A stretch of DNA of 64,000 nt from Octopus vulgaris (GCA_951406725.2 OX597828.1:1612001-1676000), one strand, 5' to 3'. Counted from the first letter of the stretch, positions 33,590 to 50,455 are shown. Numbers and translations are program-made. The notes: generated by a model from the letters alone, not told the origin.

Positions 33590-34480
33590 CTAGTAAATAC
33601 ATATTTGTTTTTATGTAGGCAAGAATTATTTTTCATCCCTCAGGTTAAGTAAGGGAAATGTAGCCATTAAAATAGATAATTTCTCATTCAAACAAGAAGG
33701 CACTTCTTATTACTTGTTATCACTAAGATATGCCATTCGAGATTATAATTAATTTTTGTATCTTTAAGTTCCCAAATGAATTCACTTAGAACCGTTGAAT
33801 TCTCTCGTTTCCTATTCCGAAATGTATATATGTGTGTTGAAGGACGCTTCTTCATTTCATTTTTAGCTGATCCTGTATAAATATATTTATTATCAATTTG
33901 TGTGGTAACTTTACATTGATATACTACATTTTTTAATTTACATAAGTTTTTAATCATACAACTATCTACAAATAGAGCATCGTCTCTATAGAGTCCCCAC
34001 CCCATTAGCTCTCGGAATTCATCTTGTATATTTGCCAATAAATATACACCTACTAAGTCAGTTATTTGCGCCGAATCTGGCGCTTCCATAGAAATGTCGA
34101 AAATGTTATGGTATCTTTTCTCGCCCGTAACTTATCGAAATTTATAACCGACCTTCGGACTGTCAAAATTATATTGATTTCCTTAGCGATAATAGATGTA
34201 TGTTTCTTCGCAAATATCAAGGTGGTATTTAATATAGTAGGGTTTATACTAGAGAAATAATTGTCAATATCTATTTGTAGAAATTTAAATTTATATTTAT
34301 TACTTATATTAGAGAACCATTTAATAGCATTCTGAGTGTTTGAGCATAATTGTAGTTTGATCTTATATTTTAAGATCGGTATATATTTATCTAAAGTTAT
34401 CTTGCTAAGTTTACATAAATCGGATTTATTAGGACATATTAATCTAACCTTTGTATCAATTTACCTATTAAAGTAACATT
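33590..34480 (-). mobile_element. Penelope-like remnant with RT joined in frame to the GIY-YIG endonuclease by internal deletion
   Basis: DSAQITDLVG..GLYRDDALF is followed directly by CKLKNVVYQCKVT..YTGSA..STVLSEFIWELKD..LEWHIL. Confidence 0.85.
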
Positions 34481-34562
34481 GTTATTGATATAGGTAATAT
34501 AAACTAGTAAATTCTTCGGATATTTAATATCCCTTAGGTGTATTTACACTTAGATAAACTGT

Positions 34563-34641
<79 letters not shown>

Positions 34642-34703
34642 ATACATATGTATATACACATATACATACATATGTATACACACACACATATATACATATG
34701 TAT

Positions 34704-34736
<33 letters not shown>

Positions 34737-34826
34737 ATTTAACGCACACACACAGAAAGTCACATAAATATATGCATATAAATACTTTTATGTTGTCTGT
34801 GATACGCATAAAGAATGAAAGTTTAC

Positions 34827-35180
34827 CTGAACTGAAACAAAAGACACCAGCATCTCTTTTGTGACCCGCACAAGACGCTGAGAATATCATTTGATAATCA
34901 TCATCAATGTCAGTTCGACTGGCTGACCAACCACGATGTGGGCATTGATGTAAAAACTTCTCATCTCCTTTGCATTGTAAATGACTTAACCACACCGGAC
35001 CAGTTCCACCGCCGTAGACGGATCCACGTAGCGCGTTTCCATCAGAGAAGTTCATGTGTCGACAGAAGACTCGTGCTTCTTTGTCGTCCCAGAACGAATC
35101 ACAAACAGTGCCCCATACACTTCCTAATAACACTTCAACACGTCCGTAATTACTGCCGCCTTCCATTCTATATTGAATAC
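34827..35180 (-). CDS. SRCR domain 6 (type C) exon
   Basis: aatag|GT..G|gtaaac, 354 nt; YRMEGGSNYGRVEVLLGSVWGTVCDSFW..GPVWLSHLQC..HRGW..HKRDAGVFC. Confidence 0.95.
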
Positions 35181-36674
35181 CTATTTAATAAAATAAAATA
35201 AAAACACAAGATAGCTTTAAAATGTTTAAAATTATGATGTTAAAATATAATGATTATTTAATTGTGCATAAATGACGATCCAATGTTATAATCAAATGCG
35301 AATCTGCGAGTTAAACTTTATAAAAAGTATAAACAACAAAAGATGGTGTATTGAATTGAAGTTAAAATATAAATTAATTCACTGTGTTAATAACATTGAA
35401 TTTCAGGATCAGTTAAAAAACCTCACGTTCACAAATATGTACGCGCGCGCTTGTGTATGTATGCGTACTATTTGCGGTATATATTATTGATTAAAACATT
35501 AATCATATGGTGAACAATAGATCAGTACACAGGTATCTAAGAACAGCTCTGTTAGACGTATTATAAACACGAGTGAATTGTTTCCACTTAACGCAAGGGA
35601 GGTAATTAATGTCCCTTTCGTTAATTTCTAACCAGAGTTACTAGTAAAGCATTGTAAATAGCTTTGAATTTAATGTTCTGGATTATACATGGAATATCTT
35701 AGACAAACTTTGAAACGGATAACATCACGATATAATTTTGTCAGCTTGATAGCTCGCAAGGCTTTAGCTAAAATTTTTGCAGCACAATATTAAAAACAGT
35801 TAAAGAAGACGAAAATATTTTATACTCTCACAAAACATTCACATAGTAATAAATTAGGAAACGTCCTTACTACCTGAAAATAAGTCTCATCATTCCAATT
35901 ATACTGAAATCAAACTTAACATATGTTATTTTCAACTATACCAGTTTAAGACATTTACAAACCTCTTCATTGGTGATGTTTCAAACATAGAAATAACGAG
36001 AGATTGCATAATATTATGACAAGTAACCACCCATTACATTCTAAACAAACCCACAAGCACACATTACATCACCAAACCAACTACAACGTCCATCCAGACA
36101 TTACATTCTGCTCTATACATCTAACTACACTAACTGCATGGAAAACAGTTCTTCAACTTTTCTCGTACCATTAATCAGTTATTATCATAACATACTCTCA
36201 TATCAATGGAGAAGGTAAAACACTTTTACAAACTTTGAAAAAGCACAATGGAATGAGTTTCATTAGGAAACAAAATCAGAATTTTCAGAATTCAAAAATA
36301 CAATATTCCCCAACTCCATATCAAACAACTAAGCAAGGAAATAACAAAACAAATATACTACAGAAAAAACAGAAGACTGCAGGAAACTTTCGCATTCAAT
36401 ATACACTTCGAAGATAACTCTAATATAATTTAAAGAGTAAACATCATCATCATCATCCGCAGCAGCAACAACAGCAGCTGCAGCCGTTCAAGAATTTGGA
36501 CCTGGAGAACTCCATTTCCAGCGACTTCATGGGCCACCTTCCAGTGGTGTCGGGCGTCAACGAAGAGCCTTCGACTACAACAAGACGAACAAAGTTTTTT
36601 TGTTCCAAGGTCTGGGGTCTCCCGCTCCTAAGCCTTAGACCACCACCTATTCACCCTTACCCGTCTTGTTGCTT

Positions 36675-36706
<32 letters not shown>

Positions 36707-36829
36707 CTGCAGCAGCATTAATACAACTATGTATCATGCCAGAATAAAAACTTCAATGAATATGCTCACACCGCAACATTAATCAAGCACTCTTAAAAAA
36801 TTTCATGGAAATTAACTTCCAAAACCATA

Positions 36830-37750
36830 CACAGGAAACAGAAACACAAAACTAGCAATACATATTATTCGCTTGTTTCACGATTTTGACCGTTTATTCT
36901 ATTAGAAACGAAACAGGAATAGGGAAATCTAAAATCTAAAATTCACATACATACGTCCAAATCATCAAAGACGTTAAGGAATAATTGCACTCATCAACAT
37001 TAAAAACACTTGCACCAACATTATAATTGCCTAATTCTGGAAGCGGGGCAAAATTATAACAAAGTAATATCACATAGACATCGCACCGTTCTATTCATAC
37101 TCTCGAAAATTCCACAAAATTAACTCCTTCTCTCCTATTCCAAATCCGGATACAGGCTCAGACCACTGACTTAATTACAACACTTCTCACAAACCCAACA
37201 CAGAAAATAAATAATGACTTCAACGAAAAAACGTCTCCCACACATGTACTATCAAGATCAACAAAGGTTTTCCCTACATTTTTCAATATCCACTCATACA
37301 AACATATTCAATGCTACCTTGAGAAGCCAGACTAAACGCTGGCTAGTAAACTACCTTTCAGACCGTTAAGTGTATGTTGTATACAAGAACAGTACATCTA
37401 GAACCTGTAATATGCCGAATGGAATATCGCTGGCAACCAGCCTCTCACTCATTCTTTTCAACCTATATCTACACGACCTTCCTACACTCCACAATCACGC
37501 AAGCTCCTCATATGCAAATAAATTCTCAATTATCACTTCCCACTATTGTCCTGACACTGCTTCTCAACTAGTTCAACTTTATATCAATCATCTCGAAATC
37601 TTCTGTACTCCTTCTTAATGTCAACACAACACCAAATGCAATCAACCGACACATTCAACAACAGAAACGTGTCAAGACAAATATACTATGAGTTACTAAA
37701 AATACTTACAACCCACAAACATGAAAGAGTAAAAACAGAAAAACAACATA
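36830..37750 (+). mobile_element. Highly degenerate LINE RT remnant (Jockey/CR1/I-like)
   Basis: NGISLATSLSLILFNLYLHDLP..SSYANKF resembles the G.PQGS.LSP.LFN.Y..DLP..YADD region. Confidence 0.55.
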
Positions 37751-38973
37751 CAAATATACTTTTAGGATGATAGAAAGAAACAACAATGATGTACGAACAA
37801 TACATTATTATATCCATCATAGACTACTTTTTACTTGCTGAGTCTGGAAGGAAGAGTGGTTGCCATAACTTTTGCAGGCACTTCGTGAACGTTGAAGTTG
37901 ATGCCGCTAATGTACCGTTTAAAAAATTGCAGGTCAACACCTGCAAGAAAGACATAAGCAAGAAAACGATTCTATGTGGTTAGTTCCGGCTGGGGATATT
38001 GGACCCAATACGGGTAACTGAGGTGGATAGACGATAGGGTCAAGGACTCCTAAATAGTGGGAGTACGAGACCAAATATCTCCGAGGAACAAAGGCCGTTA
38101 TAATAGCAACAGAAAAGGCAGAGAAAGAAGGTTGCACACCTATGGGTTAGGGTCTGGAGTGTGTCCGTTAGTGATTAAGTGGCCCATCTGTATGCGGCCC
38201 AGGATGTCTGTGTGCGTAACAGCTGTACCATTTCAGATGTGAGCGTAGTACTCCATAGTGTGTCTCACTCGAACCCTATCGAGTGTCAACAACTGTCTTC
38301 TGGCTCTGAAGAGAAGGACTGGTCCGAGCGAATCCTTCCACAACAAATTCTAATTCAGATGTACAAAGAAACTAAGAACAAAAACAAACAACGTAAAAGG
38401 TTATACGGACCAGCTTGTGTACACAACGAAATACTAAAATGAAACACCAAAATAAGTGCAGATACAGCAACTCTTTTGCATTAACAAAATCCCCTTGCCC
38501 ATCTTCACTGGGACCACCACCAGATTGTTCGGTCGTACAGAATGCAATGTCCAGATTCTCACATAGCACCACAGAGGATTCACCATTTCTTGTCCAAATG
38601 AGCAGTATGACCATAAGCAAAGCGAAGACTTTGTATACTGGGGAAGATGGATCTGTAGGCCGCACCTCGTTCTTCGGCTGACTACCTGCGTCCCATAGGA
38701 CACACACACGTACGCGCGCACACACATACACATATAATCTTTCGTACACATACACATACATATAATCTTTCGTACACATACACACAAACAAAATGTCATC
38801 CTTCCTCATTTCTGTTTGTATAAAATTTGAAGATTTTTAGTATTTTCTTAATTTTTCCATATTATTTATCTCATTTACATTGCTTTAGATCCGTAAACTA
38901 TCGGTTAAGTAGTCATCACTGTATTAAATTAAGACTAATAATAATAAGAGAACAAGTGTAAAAGAATACTTAC

Positions 38974-39309
38974 CGGAATGATTAAAACAAATAACTGCAG
39001 CGATTAGGCCACTAGAACAGTTGCCTAAAGAATCACGTGCTTTAAATGGACATTCACTCAAAGCCTTTTCTTGACCAGTACAATTAACAGAGCTGATCCA
39101 GTATGGGCCAGTTTTGTATTCGTTCACATGTAGGTCTTCGTTACTGTGATGATATGCGATTCCATTAGAATAAGAAATAGAGCGACAGAATACCTTAGCA
39201 TCAACATCATCCCAATGAGATGGGCAGATAAATCCTGTGGTATTATAATGTTTAACATATATCTTCCCAAGCCCACCGGAGGACGGATGGAGAGAGAAAG
39301 TATAACCTG
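38974..39309 (-). CDS. SRCR domain 5 (type B) exon; NAGNAG acceptor (start 39309 or 39306)
   Basis: tgtag/cag|..G|gtaagt, 336 or 333 nt; GFICPSHWDDVDAKVFC..GIAYH..GPYWISSVNCTGQE..AAVIC. Confidence 0.93.
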
Positions 39310-39316
39310 CTACAAA

Positions 39317-39398
<82 letters not shown>

Positions 39399-39919
39399 GT
39401 TAGATAAAAATATTGCTGTATTAAACAGTAATCAATTGAATATAATAACACAGGAAAAAAGACAACTATTATTGTCTATATTAACATATATATTAATATA
39501 TTTTTTACCGCTGGAAGCAATTTGTAATACTAAAAAACCCATGATAAAATTCGCTTAGGAAACTTGAACACACGCTTTGTTAAAGAAACGGCTCTCTTTT
39601 ACGATGACGTTGGTGAAACATTTAGTTAGAGCACCACAGTACTAAAAACTTATGCTACTTAGCTAAGTAGTGCTTAATATTTGGAATTGAAATTCTAATG
39701 GGGGTCGACTTAACTTTTCCTCAATCCAGCAAAATTAAATTGTAAACCATCGAAATATTGAGTTTGATTCTGATTCTCTATAAGCATCATCTTAACAAAA
39801 TACGACATTGTACATGTGTACATTATTACACTTTATCATATGGGGCCAAATGGAGAAACAAATGAAATTGAATATATTTTGTTCACATTTTGCATAAATT
39901 TATATAAATGTATACTTAC

Positions 39920-40243
39920 AATCCTGAAGAGCTGTAGTATTTTGAAAACAAATTGCCGAAGCGTAATTAGTCGTGTTGCAGGTCGTACGGCCCATACAGT
40001 CTGTGAGAGACAAATCGCCTGGCTGACAGCTAATGGTGACACTTTGGTCCACAGCCTGTTTCACTTTACCGTACGCCGAGCAACAGACTGCACGCCCATC
40101 CATGTAACCCAGCTGGTGACAAACTACTCGGGCAGATAAATCATTGAAACCAGTTTCACATACTAAATGCCAATTATTCGAATTTCGGTAGACTACAACC
40201 GGGCCGCGGGAAATTTCTTTACTTATGTGATCAGCAATTCGCA
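39920..40243 (-). CDS. SRCR domain 4 (type A) exon
   Basis: ttttcag|TG..T|gtaagt, 324 nt; VRIAD..WHLVCETGFNDLSARVVCHQLGY..AVCCSAYG..YASAIC. Confidence 0.93.
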
Positions 40244-41046
40244 CTGAAAAGATAATTATACATATATATATATGAGATCCAGAAAGTTAACTTCAAGCAA
40301 TCCGTAATAAATATTAAAAAAAAAACTACTTTCAGGGACAATAATGGTTTATTGAGTCGGGGCAGGGAGATTTTTTTCGTATCGAAGTACGATAAACTAA
40401 AAAAAGTTCATTTTATAATTCAAGGTAGATGACCAGTGATGCCGGGTGTGCGAATAAGAATAAAAGTTAAGGAATGGAGTAGATAAGATCCGGGCTACAT
40501 ATGTTTCATAACGAGCGGAACCTCAGAAGTGGTAAATATCCAAGCGGGGTGTATACTGCAGGCTACTCTTTGGGCCAAGGATATCTTGATTAAACGTCAC
40601 AAGGAGGTAGATGTTAACACATAAAAGATTCAATCAGAATGTGTAGAGAGCACAGTAGGAGAGGGGAATATAAATGTACAAAGCAATATCGATTAAAAGA
40701 AGGAAAAAAAGAAATATAAGGGAGAAGGTTTGGTTTTGCAAGTCCAGGGTTACGACCAAGAAACTAGCAGTTTTAACATTGTTACAGAAGGAGATGCTAA
40801 ACCTTCTACCCATACCACAAATCTAGGAAAGCCTCTATTACGTGAACTTCTCCTCCAACCACACCCACTCCGTCCTAAAATCTAAGCGTTTCCTACTGTA
40901 TTTCCGCATTACCTGCATACATCTACACACACACACGCACACTTAAACAAAGAAATGACAGCGAAAAAAAAACAAATGTTCTGTAATGAACCTCATTAGC
41001 TTACAGCTGTATCTGTTACAAGATGCGGTTGGCTCTTAGTTGAATA

Positions 41047-41426
41047 TCAGGATGAAGGTGTTAAAGTATTGAATGATTGACCAGCTGAGAGCCTTGATTT
41101 AAATATCATCGAGCAAATGTGGACAGAACGAAGAGAAGAGTTCATCAGAAGATTCCACGCAATCTTGAAGAGTTGTGGGAGCTCAGCCACAGAGAATGGC
41201 ATCTCATAGCTGTGAAGATAGTGAAGGATTCGTACGAATCTCTTCCCAGGTCCATTAAAGCAATGATTCAAGTTAAGGGAAGCCACACGAAATATCAACA
41301 AGGTACAGTAACTTCTTGAAATGAACGTTATGTAATAAATTTTCATTATAAATATTTTTCTGTTTTAAAACACTGTATCTTGATTGGTTTATGTGAGGTG
41401 GCCGAAAACTTTTGCACGATACTCTG
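41047..41426 (+). mobile_element. Tc1-like transposase C-terminal remnant with 3' TIR
   Basis: PAESLDLNIIEQMW (cf. WP..SPDLNPIENLW); NLEELWE..ESLPRSIKAMIQVKGSHTKY; terminal aaacttttgcacgatactctg. Confidence 0.8.
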
Positions 41427-41534
41427 TGTGTGTATGCGCGCGTGTATATATATATATATGCCTGTACGGCTGATAATTCGCTTACCACTTGTGATGGTAT
41501 TTTAATAATACCATCCCTATACTTATATATATAT

Positions 41535-41778
41535 TCTTTTATTCTTTTGCTTGTTTGCTTGTTTCAGTCATTTGACTGCGGCCATGTTGGAGCACCGCCT
41601 TTGTTCGAACAAATCGACCCCAGGACTAATTCTTTGTAAGCCTAGTACTTATTCTATCGGTCTCTTTTGCGGAGCCGCTAAATTACGGGGACGTAAACAC
41701 GTCAACATCGGTTGTCAAGATATGGTGGTGAGGTACAAACACAGACACAATCAAACACACACACTCATACACACACAC

Positions 41779-41861
<83 letters not shown>

Positions 41862-42145
41862 CATACATATATATATTATATATCCAGGCCCGTTCCCCAT
41901 TTAAGCGGGGTAGCCAATATATACGACGGGCTACTTTGAGTTTACGTCTACCAAATCCACTCACAACGGATTGGTCGGCCCGAGGTCTTAGTAGAACACA
42001 CTTGCCCAAAGTAACGTAGTGGGACTAAACCCAGAACCAGGTGGTTGGAAAGCAAGCTTCTTACCACACAGCTACCTCTGCGCCTATATATATATTATTT
42101 TTTTAATTTCATCTAGTTTCAGCTCACGAGTTGTGGCCATGCTGG

Positions 42146-42199
<54 letters not shown>

Positions 42200-42795
42200 A
42201 GTGTGTGAGTGTGTGTGTGTACATGTATATACGACGGACTTCTTTCAGTTTCCGTCTGCCAAAACCACTCACAAAGCTTTTGTCGACCCGAGGCTATAGT
42301 AGAAACACTTGCCCAAGGTGCCAAGCCTTAGGACTGAACCTGGAAACATGTGGTTGGAGAAGCAAGCCTCTTAACATACAGCCTCACTCTCGTTATGCTG
42401 TATAGTTTAGGGATATTAAATATTCTAGTTGTTACTGGTGACTACTAAGTGCTACATGCTTGTCACCACATGATAGTATTACCATGTATTGACATGTTTT
42501 GATCATTTTCTTGTGGATTTTACTGTACCGCTCATTATTCACAGTTTATTATTATAGCTTTTATATTAGGTAATTTTTATTTGTAAACTCGAAAAATTCA
42601 GTTCATCACAATACAGAGAAAACTATATTAAATACTCGGGAGTGGCTGTGTGGTAAGTAGCTTGCTTACCAACCACATGGTTTCGGGTTCAGTCCCACTG
42701 CGTAGCACCCTGGGTAAATGTCTTGTACTAGAGCCTCGGGCCGCCCAAAGCCTTGTAAGTAGATTTGGTAGACGGAAACTGAAAGGAAGCCTGTC

Positions 42796-42851
<56 letters not shown>

Positions 42852-43061
42852 GTGTGTTTCTGTTTGTCCCCACAATATCGCTTGACAACCGATGCTGGTG
42901 TAAACACACCAGCAACCCCGCAACTTAGCGGTTTGGAAGAAGAGACCGATTGAATAAGTACTAGGCTTACAAAGAATAAGCCATGGGGTCGATTTGCTCT
43001 ACTAAAGGCGGTGCTCCAGTATGGCCGCAGTCAAATGACTGAAACAAATAAAAGAATAAAA

Positions 43062-43099
<38 letters not shown>

Positions 43100-43184
43100 C
43101 CTGAGCGTCAATAATACTTTAATTGTTCCACGTCCTGCGTTGTGTTTTTTTCTCTTTTTTTCTGTGTTTTCTTGTTTGGATTAA

Positions 43185-43283
<99 letters not shown>

Positions 43284-43638
43284 CAAATAGGTGCAGGAGT
43301 GGCTGTGTGGTAAGTAGCTTGCTAACCAACCACATTGCTCCGGGTTCAGTCCCACTGCGTGGCATCTTGGGCAAGTGTCTTCTGCTATAGCCCCGGGCCG
43401 ATCAATGCCTTGTGAGTGGATTTGGTAGACGGAAACTGAAAGAAGCCTGTCGTATATATATGTATATGTGTGTATGTGTGTTTGTGTGTCTGTATTTGTC
43501 CCCCTAGTATTGCGTCACTTAGCGGTTCGGCAAAAGAGACCGATAGAATAAGTACTGGGCTTACAAAGAATAAGTCCCGGGGTCGATTTGCTCGATTAAA
43601 GGCGGTGCTCCAGCATGGCCACAGTCAAATGACTGAAA
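41535..43638. mobile_element. Cluster of four family-1 SINEs: 41535-42085(-), 42230-42385(-), 42638-43065(+), 43290-43638(+)
   Basis: Family-1 sequence recurs in both orientations. Confidence 0.88.
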
Positions 43639-43657
43639 CAAGTAAAAGAGTAAAGAG

Positions 43658-43705
<48 letters not shown>

Positions 43706-43810
43706 TGTGTGAGTGTGCGTGCGTGCGTGTGCGTGTGTGTGACTGAATTTTGAGGGAAAACATGATTATATCAATTTTTTTAATGTCGAATGATGTTAGA
43801 AAATTCCTAC

Positions 43811-44140
43811 CGGTAGCAAAGCATCGAACAGATATATCACGTTTGTGAGCACTGCAAGTATAATGTTGAGGAGAGACTTTCTTCCAACCAGAATGCGCGC
43901 ATTCATGCATGTGACTTTCAGCTCCTGTACAACGAAACAAATTATTCCAAATCGGACCAGTGCCTCTATCGTGAAGTGGTGTAGTGCTGATCTCTCCAGA
44001 TGAGTAACCGAGCTGTCGACACATAACTGTTGCTTCTCGAGTGTCCCAGAATGTTGAGCAAAATGTACCCCATTCTCCGTCAATGTACACTTCCACACGA
44101 CCAAAGTCTCCCCTACCTCCAGCTAGTCGGTAAGAAATTT
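43811..44140 (-). CDS. SRCR domain 3 (type C) exon
   Basis: ttgcag|AA..G|gtagga, 330 nt; YRLAGGRGDFGRVEVYIDGEWGTFCSTFW..GPIWNNLFRC..HSGW..HKRDISVRC. Confidence 0.95.
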
Positions 44141-44429
44141 CTGCAAAAAAAAAAAAAAGAAAATGATTTAAAATTTCATTTGACTGATAGGAAGGAACAC
44201 GACAGTTTTATATTACATATTCATAATATATGAGAATCTTATAATTTATAACATTACTCCCAATCTTCCCCACAGCTAACACGCCATTATTACAGTTTAA
44301 GCTGAAAATGTGATTGTGAAGGACTCGAAACGTCAGTGTAGTGGACTGAGGGACCTAAATGTTCCAAACCAAACTTTGAGAAATATGAATATGAAAAAGA
44401 ATATGAAAAAGAACACAACAATGTTTTAT

Positions 44430-44483
<54 letters not shown>

Positions 44484-44961
44484 GTACGCACACACGTTTG
44501 TATATATGTATGTATGCATTCATGAATGTTTGTTTCCTTTTATCTTCTTTTACTTGTTGCAGTCATTGGGCTGCGGCCATGCTGGTGTACTGCCCTGAAG
44601 CATTTAAGATAACTCATTCTCAACACTTTTTTTCCTTTATAAGTTTGGTACTTCCTCGATCAGAGGCTATCGGTAGAACTGCTAAATTCCCGGGATCGGG
44701 TTTGATAAGTGCCATGCCCAAAACTCTCGTACCTTGAGCCGCTTTGTACCTGAGGCCAATTAATATTTAGTGAAATTTATATACTCATGTAATAAGTTCC
44801 AATCATCCTGCTTATTCTACCCTATTATATAAATGTATATATGTGTGTGTGTGTCTGTGTGTGTGTCTGTATGAGTGTGTATGTACTTCTAACTCACGTA
44901 AACTTGACCTCTATGACAGTAGTAATAATAATAATGATAATAATCGTAATAATGAAAATTA

Positions 44962-45009
<48 letters not shown>

Positions 45010-45016
45010 GCTACTA

Positions 45017-45076
<60 letters not shown>

Positions 45077-45077
45077 T

Positions 45078-45115
<38 letters not shown>
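44962..45115. repeat. (TAC)n trinucleotide array
   Basis: Direct reading. Confidence 0.95.
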
Positions 45116-45159
45116 ATTTTGAAAAGATAAACAGTAACGATAATAACAACAATATAATA

Positions 45160-47958
<2,799 letters not shown>

Positions 47959-48076
47959 CGTATGAATGCATATTTATGTTTATACACACACACAAGTTCA
48001 CATATGTTGACAGAATATACAATTGACAACATTTCACTAAACATGTCGAATAGAAATAAAACAGAACTCCACTTAC

Positions 48077-48292
48077 TGTCGCCGCTGTAGCAATAAACAC
48101 CAGCAAAATGTGTATTTGTGCAGGATGTAACATTTCCCCAGCCAACATGTTGACATTCGTCTAGCTTCGATTCATTACCTGTACAATTAACATCACTCGT
48201 CCAGTAAGGTCCCCCGTCGCTATGAGGTGACCACTCGGCTTTGTAGTCATGGTAAGCCATTCCCAAAGAATAACCAAGCATCTTACATACAA
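48077..48292 (-). CDS. SRCR domain 2 (type B), C-terminal two-thirds only; 5' boundary uncertain
   Basis: VVCKMLGYSLGMAYH..GGPYWTSDVNCTGNESKLDECQHVGWG..AGVYCYSGD A|gtaagt; upstream sequence runs directly into (GATA)n. Confidence 0.8.
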
Positions 48293-48300
48293 CTATTTGC

Positions 48301-48334
<34 letters not shown>

Positions 48335-48418
48335 TAATATTCATATCTATGTTATAGAGATTCTTCCAGAGTGATTCGTTCGTCCTTCTATGCGAAGTTT
48401 ATACATACATATATACAA

Positions 48419-48480
<62 letters not shown>

Positions 48481-48804
48481 ATTAATTGGAAATATCCTTT
48501 GTTTAAATTGAAGCATGTTGTATAGTTAATAGGGTTTAGTGTATTTCACTTTGTAAGTCTCTCACAGATCAGATGGCTTTGGTTTCAATATAGTAAAGGG
48601 AAGCGTATACCAGAGATGAGTAATTTCGGATCTTTTCCTTTTGAACGGCACTTTGTAACATGATTTCTAGGTAACTAAAAAGTTTTAAACTTCGTATACT
48701 GATAGAATGTGTTTATAAAACATCATTTTCTCTTGGCTTTATTGAGAAAATTCTATAGTTTGTTAGATATTTCGTCTGAAATTTCGAGCATTTGTGCTTT
48801 GTGG

Positions 48805-48838
<34 letters not shown>

Positions 48839-49161
48839 ATATATACATGGCATATGCCTCAGTTGAGGATATATTTAGCCTCTTAAAGGGAAGCAAATTA
48901 TGCAGCACAACAAATTATTCGTAACTCTTTCTCTTTATGTAAACATTTTTGTCAACTGATCAGGCAAACACACTTTCCATTACCTAAACGCAAAAATGAA
49001 TTTTGAGAAATAAATTCATAATCGCTTCAAATTACTTTCCCATTTCTTTGAGAATCCCCTAAGTTTTTGATTTCTTTGTCTAAGAGGGTAAATTAGTAAT
49101 TTATGCATTAAATTTGCATTTATAAGATATGAAAATATCATCACCCATTTGTTCATATATT

Positions 49162-49258
<97 letters not shown>

Positions 49259-49315
49259 GTCTATGTATATAGCTCAGTCGGTAGTGCATCAGATTTTATA
49301 CATACATATATACAA

Positions 49316-49379
<64 letters not shown>

Positions 49380-49385
<6 letters not shown>

Positions 49386-49531
49386 TTGTTATCGCCATAT
49401 TAATATGGCATTCTTATAGATATAAGAATAATCGCTGCCGCTATTGATACACGCTGCCGATAGCTATTGATACACGATCTGTATCATTATATCCATCCAT
49501 TATAACCTTCGAATGGCGATAACAATTAATT
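49380..49531. mobile_element. MITE-like element with 19-bp terminal inverted repeats
   Basis: aattaattgttatcgccat ... atggcgataacaattaatt. Confidence 0.6.
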
Positions 49532-49634
49532 TCCAGTAAACGCTGCCGTAATCTCTTTTATAGAGACTTAGTAATTTTAATATTTCTATTATTATATATA
49601 CACGATATATATATATATATACAAACATGCATGC

Positions 49635-49684
<50 letters not shown>

Positions 49685-49865
49685 CATATTAGAGGATATA
49701 TTAGCCTCTTAAAGGGATGATTACATCCAAGAAAATACCTCATATTTTTGGGAAATAAATCAAAAGGTATACATTATGCATATAATCGGTATTCAATTAA
49801 TAGAAGAAAAGAAAATGGAGAGTTGAAATTTAATAATTATTTATTAATAACTTGATACTTCATAC

Positions 49866-49957
49866 TTCCTACAGCTGTTTCAATTGTGCTCCTTAAATTA
49901 ATTAGTAATTTATGCATTAAATTTGCATTTATAAGATATGAAAATATCATCAGGGAA
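49866..49957 (-). ncRNA. Type I hammerhead motif in a pLTR-like repeat (49860-50220; inverted relative at 53425-53640)
   Basis: uucc-CUGAUGA..GAAA-CAGCUG-UA-ggaa; stem II is weak in this copy. Confidence 0.65.
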
Positions 49958-50455
49958 AATGATATACAATAAAAGATTACACGTTGACCTCTTACTTCAT
50001 ACAGGCAGATTAAATATATGGAGTTATTTTATTTTTATCTTTGTGTGTGCGTGAGGGTTAACGGATTAATTTGAATATTATAAGAAATAAAGTAAAACGA
50101 ATAAGATACAATAAAATAAAATAATATAAAAAGTAAAATGCAATAAAAATGAAAAGTATAAAATATAAAATAAGATAAAAATAAAAAAATAAACGTATAA
50201 CAAAATTGAAATAACTTACAATATATATATATATATATATACATATTTTTTAATAATATATTATTATTAATATCAGGAAATTAATATCCAAACTCATCAT
50301 AAAGATATACCTGTGTGAAAATACTTATCGTATTAAAATATATATAAATAAATAAATATAAATATATATAAGAATATATGTAAATATTTATAAATATAAA
50401 TATAATGTATAAATAAATTTGATAGTTTAAAAGTTTTGAATTAATTATTTAAAGC

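Noticed and set aside
37800-38700. GC-richer stretch with ORFs of up to 145 aa, possibly a Tx1/L1 remnant (similar case at 24720-24950)
   Set aside because: No confident motif; needs a translated repeat search.
48865-49717. 26-27-bp direct repeat resembling a target-site duplication
   Set aside because: The left copy lies inside a repeat also present near 45430-45630, so it more likely reflects repeat fragments.
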